Part shown: positions 11,166-20,000 of the stretch, one piece after another | How positions within the stretch are numbered: the stretch's first letter is position 1 | Layout of the letters: the number at the start of each line of letters is the position of its first letter | Assembly (NCBI GenBank): GCA_963794945.1 | Contig: CAWCFT010000003.1 | Coordinates: 32,001-96,000 of the forward strand | Origin: Endomicrobiales bacterium | GTDB taxonomy: Bacteria > Elusimicrobiota > Endomicrobiia > Endomicrobiales > CAWCFT01 | Reading direction: 5' to 3' | DNA length: 64,000 nucleotides | The notes under the pieces: generated by a model | The model's input: only the letters and a program-made list of their open reading frames with translations | What the model was told of the DNA's origin: nothing | Database searches by the model: none | Translations under genes and position numbers: made by a program

Positions 11166-12386
11166 ATGGTAAAAATTCTGATCATGGACGACGAGCCGGG
11201 CTTAAGAAATATAGTGTACAACATTGTAAAACCGCTCGGTCATCCGGTTTTTACTTCCGAAGACGGTCATCAAGCTCTGGAGGTTGCGAAAAGGGAGAAT
11301 CCTGATATCGCCTTGCTTGATGTCAGAGTGCCGGATATGGACGGGCTGGAAGTACTGGCTGAGCTCAGAAAGATCAATCCGAACATAAAAGCTATAATGC
11401 TCTCTGGTTTTGGGGACGTGGAAAGCGCAGTTTTTGCTCTCAAACAGGGGGCGTTCGATTATATAAGCAAACCATTTAAAGTGGATGACGTAATTAAAAC
11501 GGTCAATAAGGCAATAAGCGCTATGGGTCAAGGTCAAGCAGCAGCTCCAGCAGCAAGTTCTGCTGGTCAGCAGCCAGCACAGGCACCTGCTATGGCCCGC
11601 GACAAGGCCACGAAACCGGAAACTGCCGCAACAAAGCTACAGAACAAGCCGCCCATTGGTCTTATAGCTGGCGGGGCACTGGTCCTCGCAGTGGCGGGCA
11701 TTTTTCTTTTCAAAGGTATTCTGACTAAATCACATGCCGAAAGCTATACGATACCCTACTCAAATCCTATAGGTATGTGCTGGATAAAACCATACCTTTG
11801 GGTAAGCGATTGGGTCGTGGGCAATATCTACCAACATAACAATGACGCGACACTTTCGATAGCTTCTGTTTATAAAACCAATAACACCCAGCCGACAGGC
11901 ATCACTTTTGATGGTGAAGCGTTGTGGACATGCAGTTCGGTAGAGAAAAGGATATACAAACATAGAATGGATAAAAATCTGTCGGTATCAGAGATATTCT
12001 CCACCCCGAACAGCAGCCCGGCTGGATTATACTTTGATGGAGCCAACCTCTGGGTACTAGATACCAACGCGGCGAAGATCTATAAGCATAAAATGGACGA
12101 AACTCTTTCTATTGTGAGCGTTTTCGACAGCCCAGCTGTCAGCCCTTGCGGTATGTTCCGGGACGGCGAGTATTTCTATATAGGCGACTATAAAACTTCA
12201 CGAATTTACAAGGTGTCGGTAAATGATTTTTCCGTAAGAGAAGTGTATTCAATGCCGGATTTTGAGGAAGGTAAGAATAAGCTGGCCAGCATCACATGGG
12301 ACGGTTCCAGCATCTGGGCTACGGCTGATGGTGTTGGAAAGATATTTAAAATACCGTTTAAATCTTTAAAAACAATCAAATTTTAG
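11166..12386 (+). CDS. Receiver - Ala/Pro linker - TM helix - extracytoplasmic beta-propeller
   Basis: REC domain (LLDVRVPDMDG); TM segment IGLIAGGALVLAVAGIFLF; repeated P.G(I/L).(F/W)DG..LW....IYKH units. Confidence 0.8.
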   Translation: MVKILIMDDEPGLRNIVYNIVKPLGHPVFTSEDGHQALEVAKRENPDIALLDVRVPDMDGLEVLAELRKINPNIKAIMLSGFGDVESAVFALKQGAFDYISKPFKVDDVIKTVNKAISAMGQGQAAAPAASSAGQQPAQAPAMARDKATKPETAATKLQNKPPIGLIAGGALVLAVAGIFLFKGILTKSHAESYTIPYSNPIGMCWIKPYLWVSDWVVGNIYQHNNDATLSIASVYKTNNTQPTGITFDGEALWTCSSVEKRIYKHRMDKNLSVSEIFSTPNSSPAGLYFDGANLWVLDTNAAKIYKHKMDETLSIVSVFDSPAVSPCGMFRDGEYFYIGDYKTSRIYKVSVNDFSVREVYSMPDFEEGKNKLASITWDGSSIWATADGVGKIFKIPFKSLKTIKF

Positions 12387-12503
12387 TTTAGTAAATGCTA
12401 CTATTTATTATACTGATTTTAACAAGATTACACAGATTATAGGCAACAATATACCATAAACTTTGTGCAATAGTTTGGTTCAAAAAGACTAACAAAAAAG
12501 GTC

Positions 12504-12532
12504 TTGACAAATAACAGGATCTGTGTTATATA
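12504..12532 (+). promoter_or_regulatory. Sigma70-type promoter upstream of the riboswitch leader
   Basis: TTGACA (12504-09), 17 nt, TATATA (12527-32), with TG at the extended -10 position. An ATAACA...TGTTAT inverted repeat overlaps the spacer. Confidence 0.75.
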
Positions 12533-12550
12533 GTTAGTGGAAACAAGAAG

Positions 12551-12660
12551 GCTGTCTGAAAGTTAACGACAATAGCAAACTCCGGGAAACCGGAGGACGC
12601 AAAGCCACGGGGCTAAAGATAGGGGGCTATCAACGCCAGCCGGGTTACCGAAAAGACAGC
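12551..12660 (+). ncRNA. GEMM-I riboswitch aptamer, A20 variant (predicted 3'3'-cGAMP type)
   Basis: ACGACAATA-GCAAAC-TCCGG-GAAA-CCGGA-GGACGCAAAGCCACGGGGCTAAA...CAGCCGGGTTACCGAA, closed by GCTGTC/GACAGC. The base before GCAAAC is A (12574). Confidence 0.9.
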
Positions 12661-12726
12661 TGCAAGACGGGTCTCAAAACGTTATTTGTTTGACATTAAA
12701 TCAGCAATACAAGTCCCCCTATCTTA

Positions 12727-12768
12727 AGCTACCGGGCATCACGAAAGTGAGCGGTAGTTTTTATTTTT
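12727..12768 (+). terminator. Intrinsic terminator, expression platform of riboswitch 1
   Basis: GCTACCG...TCAC-GAAA-GTGA...CGGTAGT followed by TTTTATTTTT. Adjacent CCCCCTATCTT (12715-25) is complementary to aptamer AAGATAGGGGG (12616-26). Confidence 0.8.
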
Positions 12769-12811
12769 GATGTGAGATCGCCCCCGATTTCACGCAAAGT
12801 TCTTTAAAAGA

Positions 12812-12914
12812 AGTTCCGATAAAGGCAAACTCCGGGAAACCGGAGGACGCAAAGCCACGGGCCTAAAAGGCGGAGTTGATCAGCCGCTTCAAGGTAGCCG
12901 GGTTACCGAAGACT
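12812..12914 (+). ncRNA. GEMM-I (c-di-GMP-I) riboswitch aptamer, G20 variant
   Basis: CCGATAAAG-GCAAAC-TCCGG-GAAA-CCGGA-GGACGCAAAGCCACGGGCCTAAA...GGTAGCCGGGTTACCGAA. The base before GCAAAC is G (12824). Confidence 0.92.
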
Positions 12915-13021
12915 AAGCCGTTTTCAAGTTCCGCGCGTATCGCGGGATGAGAGCCCCCAAACGGCTGATAAAGAGCAAGGGTTAACGCGATTTATGACCC
13001 GAACTCCTTAAAAGTTTAGGT

Positions 13022-13059
13022 AACCGGATTGTCCGTGGCGACGATTCGGTTTTTATTTT
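13022..13059 (+). terminator. Intrinsic terminator, expression platform of riboswitch 2
   Basis: A 12-bp stem AACCGGATTGTC / GACGATTCGGTT followed by TTTATTTT. GGTAACC (13019-25) and CCGTGGC (13033-39) are complementary to aptamer GGTTACC (12901-07) and GCCACGG (12854-60). Confidence 0.8.
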
Positions 13060-13073
13060 GCGAGGGTAAAAAG

Positions 13074-13460
13074 ATGGAGAAAAAAATGGTTTTGAAAATG
13101 ATTCTCACGGCACTGGCTCTTCTGGCTGGCTGGACGGTTCTCCCGTCTGCCGGTTCTGAGCAGGCTTACAGTATCGTTACAAATTTTCCGAATCCATTTG
13201 ATAGCCGGGAAGGGTCAACGACCATCTGTTACACACTTTCCTCCGAATCGGAAGTACAGGCAAAGATATACGATCTCCTTGGAAATCTTGTCAGGGAGTA
13301 TCCGTCCAAGATCGAAACAGCCGGGATAAAAACGGTTGTTTGGGATGGGACGGACCAGTATGGCGCCAAAGTTTCCAAAGGCGGCTATATTCTGACGGTT
13401 GAGATTAAAAGCGGTTCCGAAAGCATAATTGCTACCCGCAAGATTGGCGTGATCCACTAA
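13074..13460 (+). CDS. Small secreted protein: signal peptide plus a single FlgD-Ig / T9SS type-A CTD-like domain
   Basis: GAGGG RBS then ATG 13074; hydrophobic N-terminus; NFPNPF...IYDLLGNLVR...WDGTDQYG.KV..GGY...RKIGVIH. Confidence 0.8.
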   Translation: MEKKMVLKMILTALALLAGWTVLPSAGSEQAYSIVTNFPNPFDSREGSTTICYTLSSESEVQAKIYDLLGNLVREYPSKIETAGIKTVVWDGTDQYGAKVSKGGYILTVEIKSGSESIIATRKIGVIH

Positions 13461-13472
13461 GAGAGGAAGAAA

Positions 13473-15104
13473 ATGGAAAGGTCGATGAAAAACACGAATC
13501 TTAACAAGACCATAAGCAAAATCGCATTGATTTTGCTGACGGGATTCGTATTTTTATCGATAAATGTCATCAGTCCGGAGCGCATATTCGCTGACGCTAC
13601 CGGCGGTCAACCTGGACAATTCCTTGCGTGGGGCGCGGGCGCAAGGTCGCTTGCGATGGGCAGTGCCTTTTATTCCGTTTCGGATGACGCCTCTGCTACT
13701 TACTGGAACCCGGCGGGACTTGCCCAGATGGACCGCAAAGAATTAATGGCTCTGCATGTCAGTCTGTTTGCCGACACGAACTATGATTTTATTTCTTATG
13801 TACACCCGACCCCAAAGTACGGCGTGTTCGGGTTGAACCTGACAAGGCTTGATTCGGGCGGCTTTGAAAAGGTCAATATCACCTACGATTCGACTCAAAC
13901 CGATATAATAAATATTCAGAACATGGGCACTTTTGATGATGTGCAAACCGCGTTAACCGGCGCTTACGGCAAGAAGATCAGCGAGCATCTTTCGATAGGA
14001 GTATCAGGCAAATACATAACGCACACATTAGACACGTCAACAAACGGTTTCCTGACTTTCGATGTTGCCACAATGGTGCAGGGGGTCAGTAAAGAGCTTC
14101 CCAAGCTTAAGCTTGGGTTCGGCATACAGAACCTTATGGGCACTAAATTCGGCGATACGGATGACGTGTTGCCTATAATATTTCGCGCTGGAGTAAGTCA
14201 CCCCTTCTTAAGAGATAAACTTTTAGTAGCTTTCGATATAGATAAAAACATGAATACCAGCATGGGCTGGCACATAGGAACCGAATACTGGTTGTTGAAT
14301 TTCGCGGCCCTCCGCATCGGTTTCCAGGGCGGCAATGGTCTGACAGAAACTGACGCTGGGTTTGGAGTAAAATACAAGGATTATGGCATAGATTATGCAT
14401 TCGGTATACAAGACCTGGGGCTTTCAAGCAGGATATCGGGTACCTGGAGATTCGGGCCTTCCATCTCTGAGAACCGCGAAATCCTAGTTCGCCGCTACAT
14501 GCAGGAAGGCATGGAGGCGTACCGTCAAGGCAACTTCCTGCTTGCGTTCAACAGGCTTGAGGCAAGTCTTGACATAGACCCCGCGAACAAGGATGTTCAA
14601 AAGATGCATAGCAGGATGCAGCTTATAGTAGGATACCTCCAAACAGCTGCGGGTGAGAGCGAAGAAGCGGTATCTATCAGAAAGGGCGTTGCCGGATATG
14701 TTGAAAGCGATGAGAAGGGTGCTGTAAACGCTTTCAGATATGCTTATTACAAGAACCCAAATAATACAAAACTGCTTGCTTTATTAAACAGAATCGAAAA
14801 AGATGCCGGTATAACGACAACCGAGGCCTACAAAGAAGATGTTGTCGGCTTTACAATCATAGACCAGAAAGTTTACGACGCACGCCAGTCAATAGTAGAA
14901 GGTAAATATGATCAGGCGCTTATAAAGTGCCAAGAAATACTGAACCTTGAGCCCGCGAACCTTACAGCTATGGAAGTCATGGGTTCAGCGTTCTTCATGA
15001 TGGACCAGCCGGATAAGGCGAAACAGGTGTGGATGAAGGTTATGGAACTTGATCCGACAAACAAGGTCGTGCCCGAGTTCATTAATCAGCTCAAAGAGAA
15101 ATAA
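13473..15104 (+). CDS. PorV/PorQ-family outer-membrane barrel with C-terminal TPRs
   Basis: Signal peptide; FLAWGAGARSLAMGSA...DDASATYWNPAGL; GTEYW...LRIG; IDYAF; TPR-like helices at the C-terminus. Confidence 0.82.
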   Translation: MERSMKNTNLNKTISKIALILLTGFVFLSINVISPERIFADATGGQPGQFLAWGAGARSLAMGSAFYSVSDDASATYWNPAGLAQMDRKELMALHVSLFADTNYDFISYVHPTPKYGVFGLNLTRLDSGGFEKVNITYDSTQTDIINIQNMGTFDDVQTALTGAYGKKISEHLSIGVSGKYITHTLDTSTNGFLTFDVATMVQGVSKELPKLKLGFGIQNLMGTKFGDTDDVLPIIFRAGVSHPFLRDKLLVAFDIDKNMNTSMGWHIGTEYWLLNFAALRIGFQGGNGLTETDAGFGVKYKDYGIDYAFGIQDLGLSSRISGTWRFGPSISENREILVRRYMQEGMEAYRQGNFLLAFNRLEASLDIDPANKDVQKMHSRMQLIVGYLQTAAGESEEAVSIRKGVAGYVESDEKGAVNAFRYAYYKNPNNTKLLALLNRIEKDAGITTTEAYKEDVVGFTIIDQKVYDARQSIVEGKYDQALIKCQEILNLEPANLTAMEVMGSAFFMMDQPDKAKQVWMKVMELDPTNKVVPEFINQLKEK

Positions 15105-15162
15105 ATATCCTATTGAAATGATTGATAATTCAATCTATACTAAGTACTGTGAGGGATTAAGA

Positions 15163-16969
15163 ATGGAAAAAATTATTAAACGAATTCTAATTGTTTTTGC
15201 GGCTGTTTTTCTAACAGTAGCGCTTCGCTTTCCGCTTGGCTGGTCTCAGAGCACGCAGGATGATTCCCAGCAAAACAACCTGATGGACAAAGAGGCGAAA
15301 TTCGAGAAAGATAAAGCAGAATACCTGCAGTCGTTCGTGCTCGACAAGATACTTGGCCCCGGCAAGGCTATAGTTATAGTAGATGTACAAATGGGCACAG
15401 AGACAAAGGTTACAAAACAGGAAGCAAACCAGAAGAAATCAGAAAGAAAGAAAAGGCTGGGCGAAGTAGAATACCTACTTCCCGGAGTTCCGAACCCTAA
15501 ATCGGTAGCGCAGGAGTCAGCACCAGGCGAGTCTAAAGAAGAAACAGGCCAGGCGCAGGAAACAAAGGTGCAGGTGTTGACTGTTATAAAGAAACTTATA
15601 GTGACCGTTTTGTACGATGAAAAGATCACCCAGGATAAGCTTGATATAGTTAAAGACGCGATCATGTCTTCTATGAAGATAGACGTAAAAAGAGGAGACA
15701 AAATAGAATTTAAAAAAACAAAATTCACGCAGGGTTTTGTTGACGAACTGATGAAACCTCAGATACTCGTGCCTATCATTTTCGCTATGATGCTATTGTT
15801 TTTCCTGTTCGGCCCGGTAGCCAGTTTCCTGAGGTCTTTTGTCAAGACAATGCGCGAAAAAGGCGGAACAGAGGTCACCGTGGACTCGAAATTCGAGGGC
15901 GCTGGAGATGAAGAAGGAAAGGGCGGTGGCGGCGGCAACGGAGCCCTCACGGCATCAGAACTCGAGGCGCTGGAGAAAGAGAAAAAGAAATATCATCCTT
16001 TTGATTACATCAATGATGAAAACCTCAAGCGCATGGTTTACCTTATAAGAAGAGAGCCTCCACAGAGCGTGGCCCTTGTCGTGAGTTATCTTAAGCCCGA
16101 ATACGTCAGAGAGGTCTTGAACGCACTGACCCCTGAAATGCAGGCAAAAGTCGCTTTGGAAATGGCCACTATACGTTCCATGGATGAAGAGCAGGTCAAA
16201 AAAATAGACGACCACATCAAAGAAAAAATAGAGTTCCTAATTGGCGGTATATCGCACCTTCTTGAGGTTATCGACCAGGTAGACAAAGTTACACAGAACA
16301 ATATTTTTGATTATTTAAGGAATGAAAAACCAGAGCTCTATGATAAGGTAAGGAAATTCGTTCTTATGTGGGAAGATATACCGAATTTCCCGGATCAGGC
16401 GATGCAGGTGATAATAAGGGAGCTGAAAACACAAGATATGGCAAAGGCTCTGCGTAACGCAAGCTCAGAACGTGCTTAATAAGTATTTTGCCAATATGTC
16501 GGCCAATGCCGCGGCTATATTAAAAGAGGAAATGGAATACGGAAGGCCGCTTACGGACGCAGAGATTGAAGAGGAAAGAAAGCGAATAATAAATTTGATA
16601 AAGCAGCTTGAGAAAGACGGTCGCGTTTTCATAAGAGAAAAACCGAAGACCGACGTTCTTGAAGGAATAGAAGACAACGGCGGCGAACCCGTGCCTGAAG
16701 AGCAGGGCACGGCGAGTTACGAAGAGTATTATAACGCAGGAGCCCAATATTATGAGTTGTCGCAATTTGAAGAGGCGTTATCGTATTTTGAGTACTGCGC
16801 GCAGTTGGATCCTAACCAGCCGGCAATCTATCAGTATCTTGGAAATACATATTATGCGCTCGGCCGCAGCGCCGAAGCGATAGCGTCATTTGAAAAGGCA
16901 TTGGAACTCAATCCGGAGGATCAGGGTCTTCGGGCGTGGCTCTCAGAGCAAAAAAACGCCATAAGTTGA
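15163..16969 (+). CDS. FliF(YscJ C-terminal)-like / FliG M+C / TPR fusion; frameshift at about 16470 (about 601 aa repaired)
   Basis: N-terminal hydrophobic segment. FliF-like LDKILGPGKAIVIVDV, IKKLIVTVLYD and IDVKRGDKIEF. A TM helix. FliG-like EPPQSVALVVSYL, FVLMWEDI and ALRNAS..V..KYFANMS..AA.ILKEEME. A TPR pair. The ORFs join by removing one A at CAGAAC 16466-71. Confidence 0.82.
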
Positions 16970-17081
16970 AATAATATTTCTGTTAAAAAAGCGGTTTTAA
17001 GGCAAAATACAACAAAATTCGCTTTTTTGGCAGAAATTGATTTATTTGTGAATAAAAATAACTATTTTTACGGAGGTAAAG

Positions 17082-20000
17082 ATGGGCTTGTTCAAGAAAG
17101 ATAAACTAAAAGAAGAACAAAAACTCTCTGAGGCAAAATTGCCGAAAAGCCTAGAAGAAAAAAAGTCTATTTTGCCTGAAAGTGAAGACCTCTCACACTC
17201 AAGACAACGCGCTGAGGAACAGATAAGGGCGCTTGAAGAAAAAATTCAGAACCAGAGAGACAGCTGGGGCGCCAAAATGAAGGAGAAGGAAGAAGAAAGG
17301 ATATCTCTAGGCGCTCAGCTTGAGATGCTTGTACGTAAGGTTCAGAACGAGCGCGAGAAAAAAGAAGGTGAGTTGAACCTCCTTGAACAGCAGGTACAAA
17401 GAGACCTGGTTGAAGCCCAAAAATCTCTTGAAAATGAGATCAAAACATGGAATGAACGCCTTAGCGTTAAAGATAAAGAGATCGAACAAACAAAAGAGGA
17501 AGCGGAGTTGATCGAAACCAGAAAGAGGATAGAGAGCGATCAGAATTCAAGAGCTTTGAAATCCCAGTTGGAACAGATCGATCAAAAATATAAGACTCTT
17601 GAAAGAAAAATGCTCGAAGAGCAGAATACGTGGATAACTAGGATCAAAGGCAAAGAAGAAGAAATTTTAGGCGTAAAAACACAGGTCTCGCTTAAAGAAT
17701 CACAGATATCTATTGAAAACGAGAAGGATCAGACGCTAAAAAAAGAAAAAGAAACGGCATGGCAAGGCCAGGTTCAGGAATTAGAAACAAAGCTTAAGAC
17801 GCAGGAGCTTGAGTTCGAAAAAGAATACAAGAGGAAGCAGGATGAATTATCGGCCTTAAAAACAGCTATCGAGGCCAGGCTCAGCTCCATAACCATGGAA
17901 GCTGAGAAAAGGGAAAAAGAAACTCTGAGCCTTATTGCCAGGACCGAAGACAGGATAAAGATAATAAACGGGCATATTACCGAAGAGAATAAACATTGGC
18001 AAACTGTGCTTAAAGCCCGGGATGAGGAATTCAATAAGCTTAAAGTCGAACTTATGCTCCGCGAAAGCCAGGAAAAATCCGAAAGAGAGAAAAAGTTTCA
18101 GGAACTCGGAGAAGCTGAATCGCTGGCCAATAGAAAAATTAAGGAAATACGGCAGAAAATTAATGATGAAAAAGAAAACTGGAAAATTAGCCTCGATGCA
18201 AAAGAAGAAGAACTGAAGCTGCTGAAGATACAATCAGAACTTAAGCTCAAAGAAGTTCAGGAAATGTGGGAAAGCAGGAAGACAAGAGCTCAGGAAGAGA
18301 AATCGATCCTTGAGAAAAAACTCGTAGCGATCAGGGACAATTTTGAGCAGGAAAAGAATAACCTGAAAAAAGAACTAGATATTAAGACCGCGGATATAGA
18401 ACAGTATGAGCAAAAATGGCAGCAGAGGCAGAATGAGATCGCTGCTGCGAACACAAAAGAGCTGGAAGAGCTCAAGGCTCGCAAAGAAATACTTGAGGTG
18501 GAACTAGAGGAGCTTGAGGAAAACCTTAAAAATGAGAAGGCGAAGTGGGCAGGCCTGATACTTCAGAAAGAACAGGAAGCCAATGTCGTAAAAAATGAGC
18601 TAAAAGGCCGAGAATCTTCAGCTTTGAGGGATCTTGAGATCCTTGATATGCAGTTAAATAAGGAACAGCAACCGCTTCTCGATAAAGTCCGGGATATGGA
18701 AAAGCGTTTTGAAGACCACAAAAAACTTGTCAAGGCTGAACTCGGGCGCCGGGAAGCCGCGAAAACGGCACTTGAGGAACAATTCCGTGTAAGAGAAGAA
18801 AATTTGCTTCTGCGCCATAACAAGCAATCTGAAAAAATTAAAGTCCTTGAACAGGAAAATCTTTTAAAGATCTCAGAACTGAAAAAAAGCATGGAGGAGC
18901 AGTCTCAGTCCGCTCTTAAGAGGATAAATGAACTTAAGTCGGAAGAAAACATGGTCAAAGAAAAGCTCTCTTCGCAAGATAAGACAATAGCGGAAGAAAA
19001 GGCCAAACTTGAGGAACAGTATAAACACCGTAACAATATTTTGTTAGAATCGATACAAAATCTTGAGATAGAAAATGAGCGGCAAAGAGGACAACTGCAG
19101 GCCGAATTGGAAAATATGACAAAGGCTGCGGAAGAGATTAAAACAGAACTTGAGAAAAAAGAAAATCAGCTTTTGGCAGACCTGAAGCTTAAAGAAAAAG
19201 AGCAGGCATCGATAAAGACGTCTTCGGAAGCTGAGGTCGCAAAACTAGCCGAGGCGCTGACCAAAAACAATGAAGAATATGAGCGTGAGATAAAAGCTCA
19301 CAGGGAATCAATAGAGGCGCTGGAAAAGTCGTTCAAGAGCAAAGATGCCCAATTTCAAGCTGAAATAAAGAACATAAAAATAGAATGGGATAACAAGCTT
19401 CAACCCTTAAATGACGAACGCAAACAGCAGGAAGCGCGTCTGGCATTGTCAAAAAAAGAAGCCGAAGACAGAGCGCTCGCTATAGAGAATGCCATAAAAA
19501 TGTCCAGGGAGCAATACAAAATACAGGAAGAGAACGCCGCCAGAAATATATTGCAGGAAAATTTAAGGATTCAAGCGATAAAAGAAAAGCTTGCAAAAGA
19601 GGCTGCCGCTCTGAATCTGGAGATTGATACGCAATCCAGGCAGGCAAAGGAAATAATTGAAAAGCTTGCGCTTAGAGAGAAGGCCCTCGAAAACAATATT
19701 GCCGTTGAAGACCAGAGGCTGCACGCAGAAAGGGTCAGGGTAACCCAATTCTACGAAAATCAGCAAAAACAGCTCAACGAAACAATTAACAAGCTTGAAA
19801 AGGATTATTCGGATTTCGTAAAAAGCGTTGATGCGGATATAAAACTTAAAAATGCTGAACTGGTTCGGGAAGAAAAGAGAGTGAGAGATCTTGAGATGGA
19901 AAATCTCAAGGATATGAAACAAAAAGAGCAGGAGCTTTCGTTATTAGAAAATGAAAACAAAAAAGAACTCGCCGCGTTGTTTGCAGAGTACAATAGGATT

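Noticed and set aside
13029..13073. ORF-track start at TTG 13029
   Set aside because: It lies inside the terminator hairpin. ATG 13074 has an RBS and begins a signal peptide.
15049..15162. N-terminal extension of the FliFG ORF
   Set aside because: It overlaps the PorV gene end. ATG 15163 follows GAGGGA and starts the hydrophobic leader.
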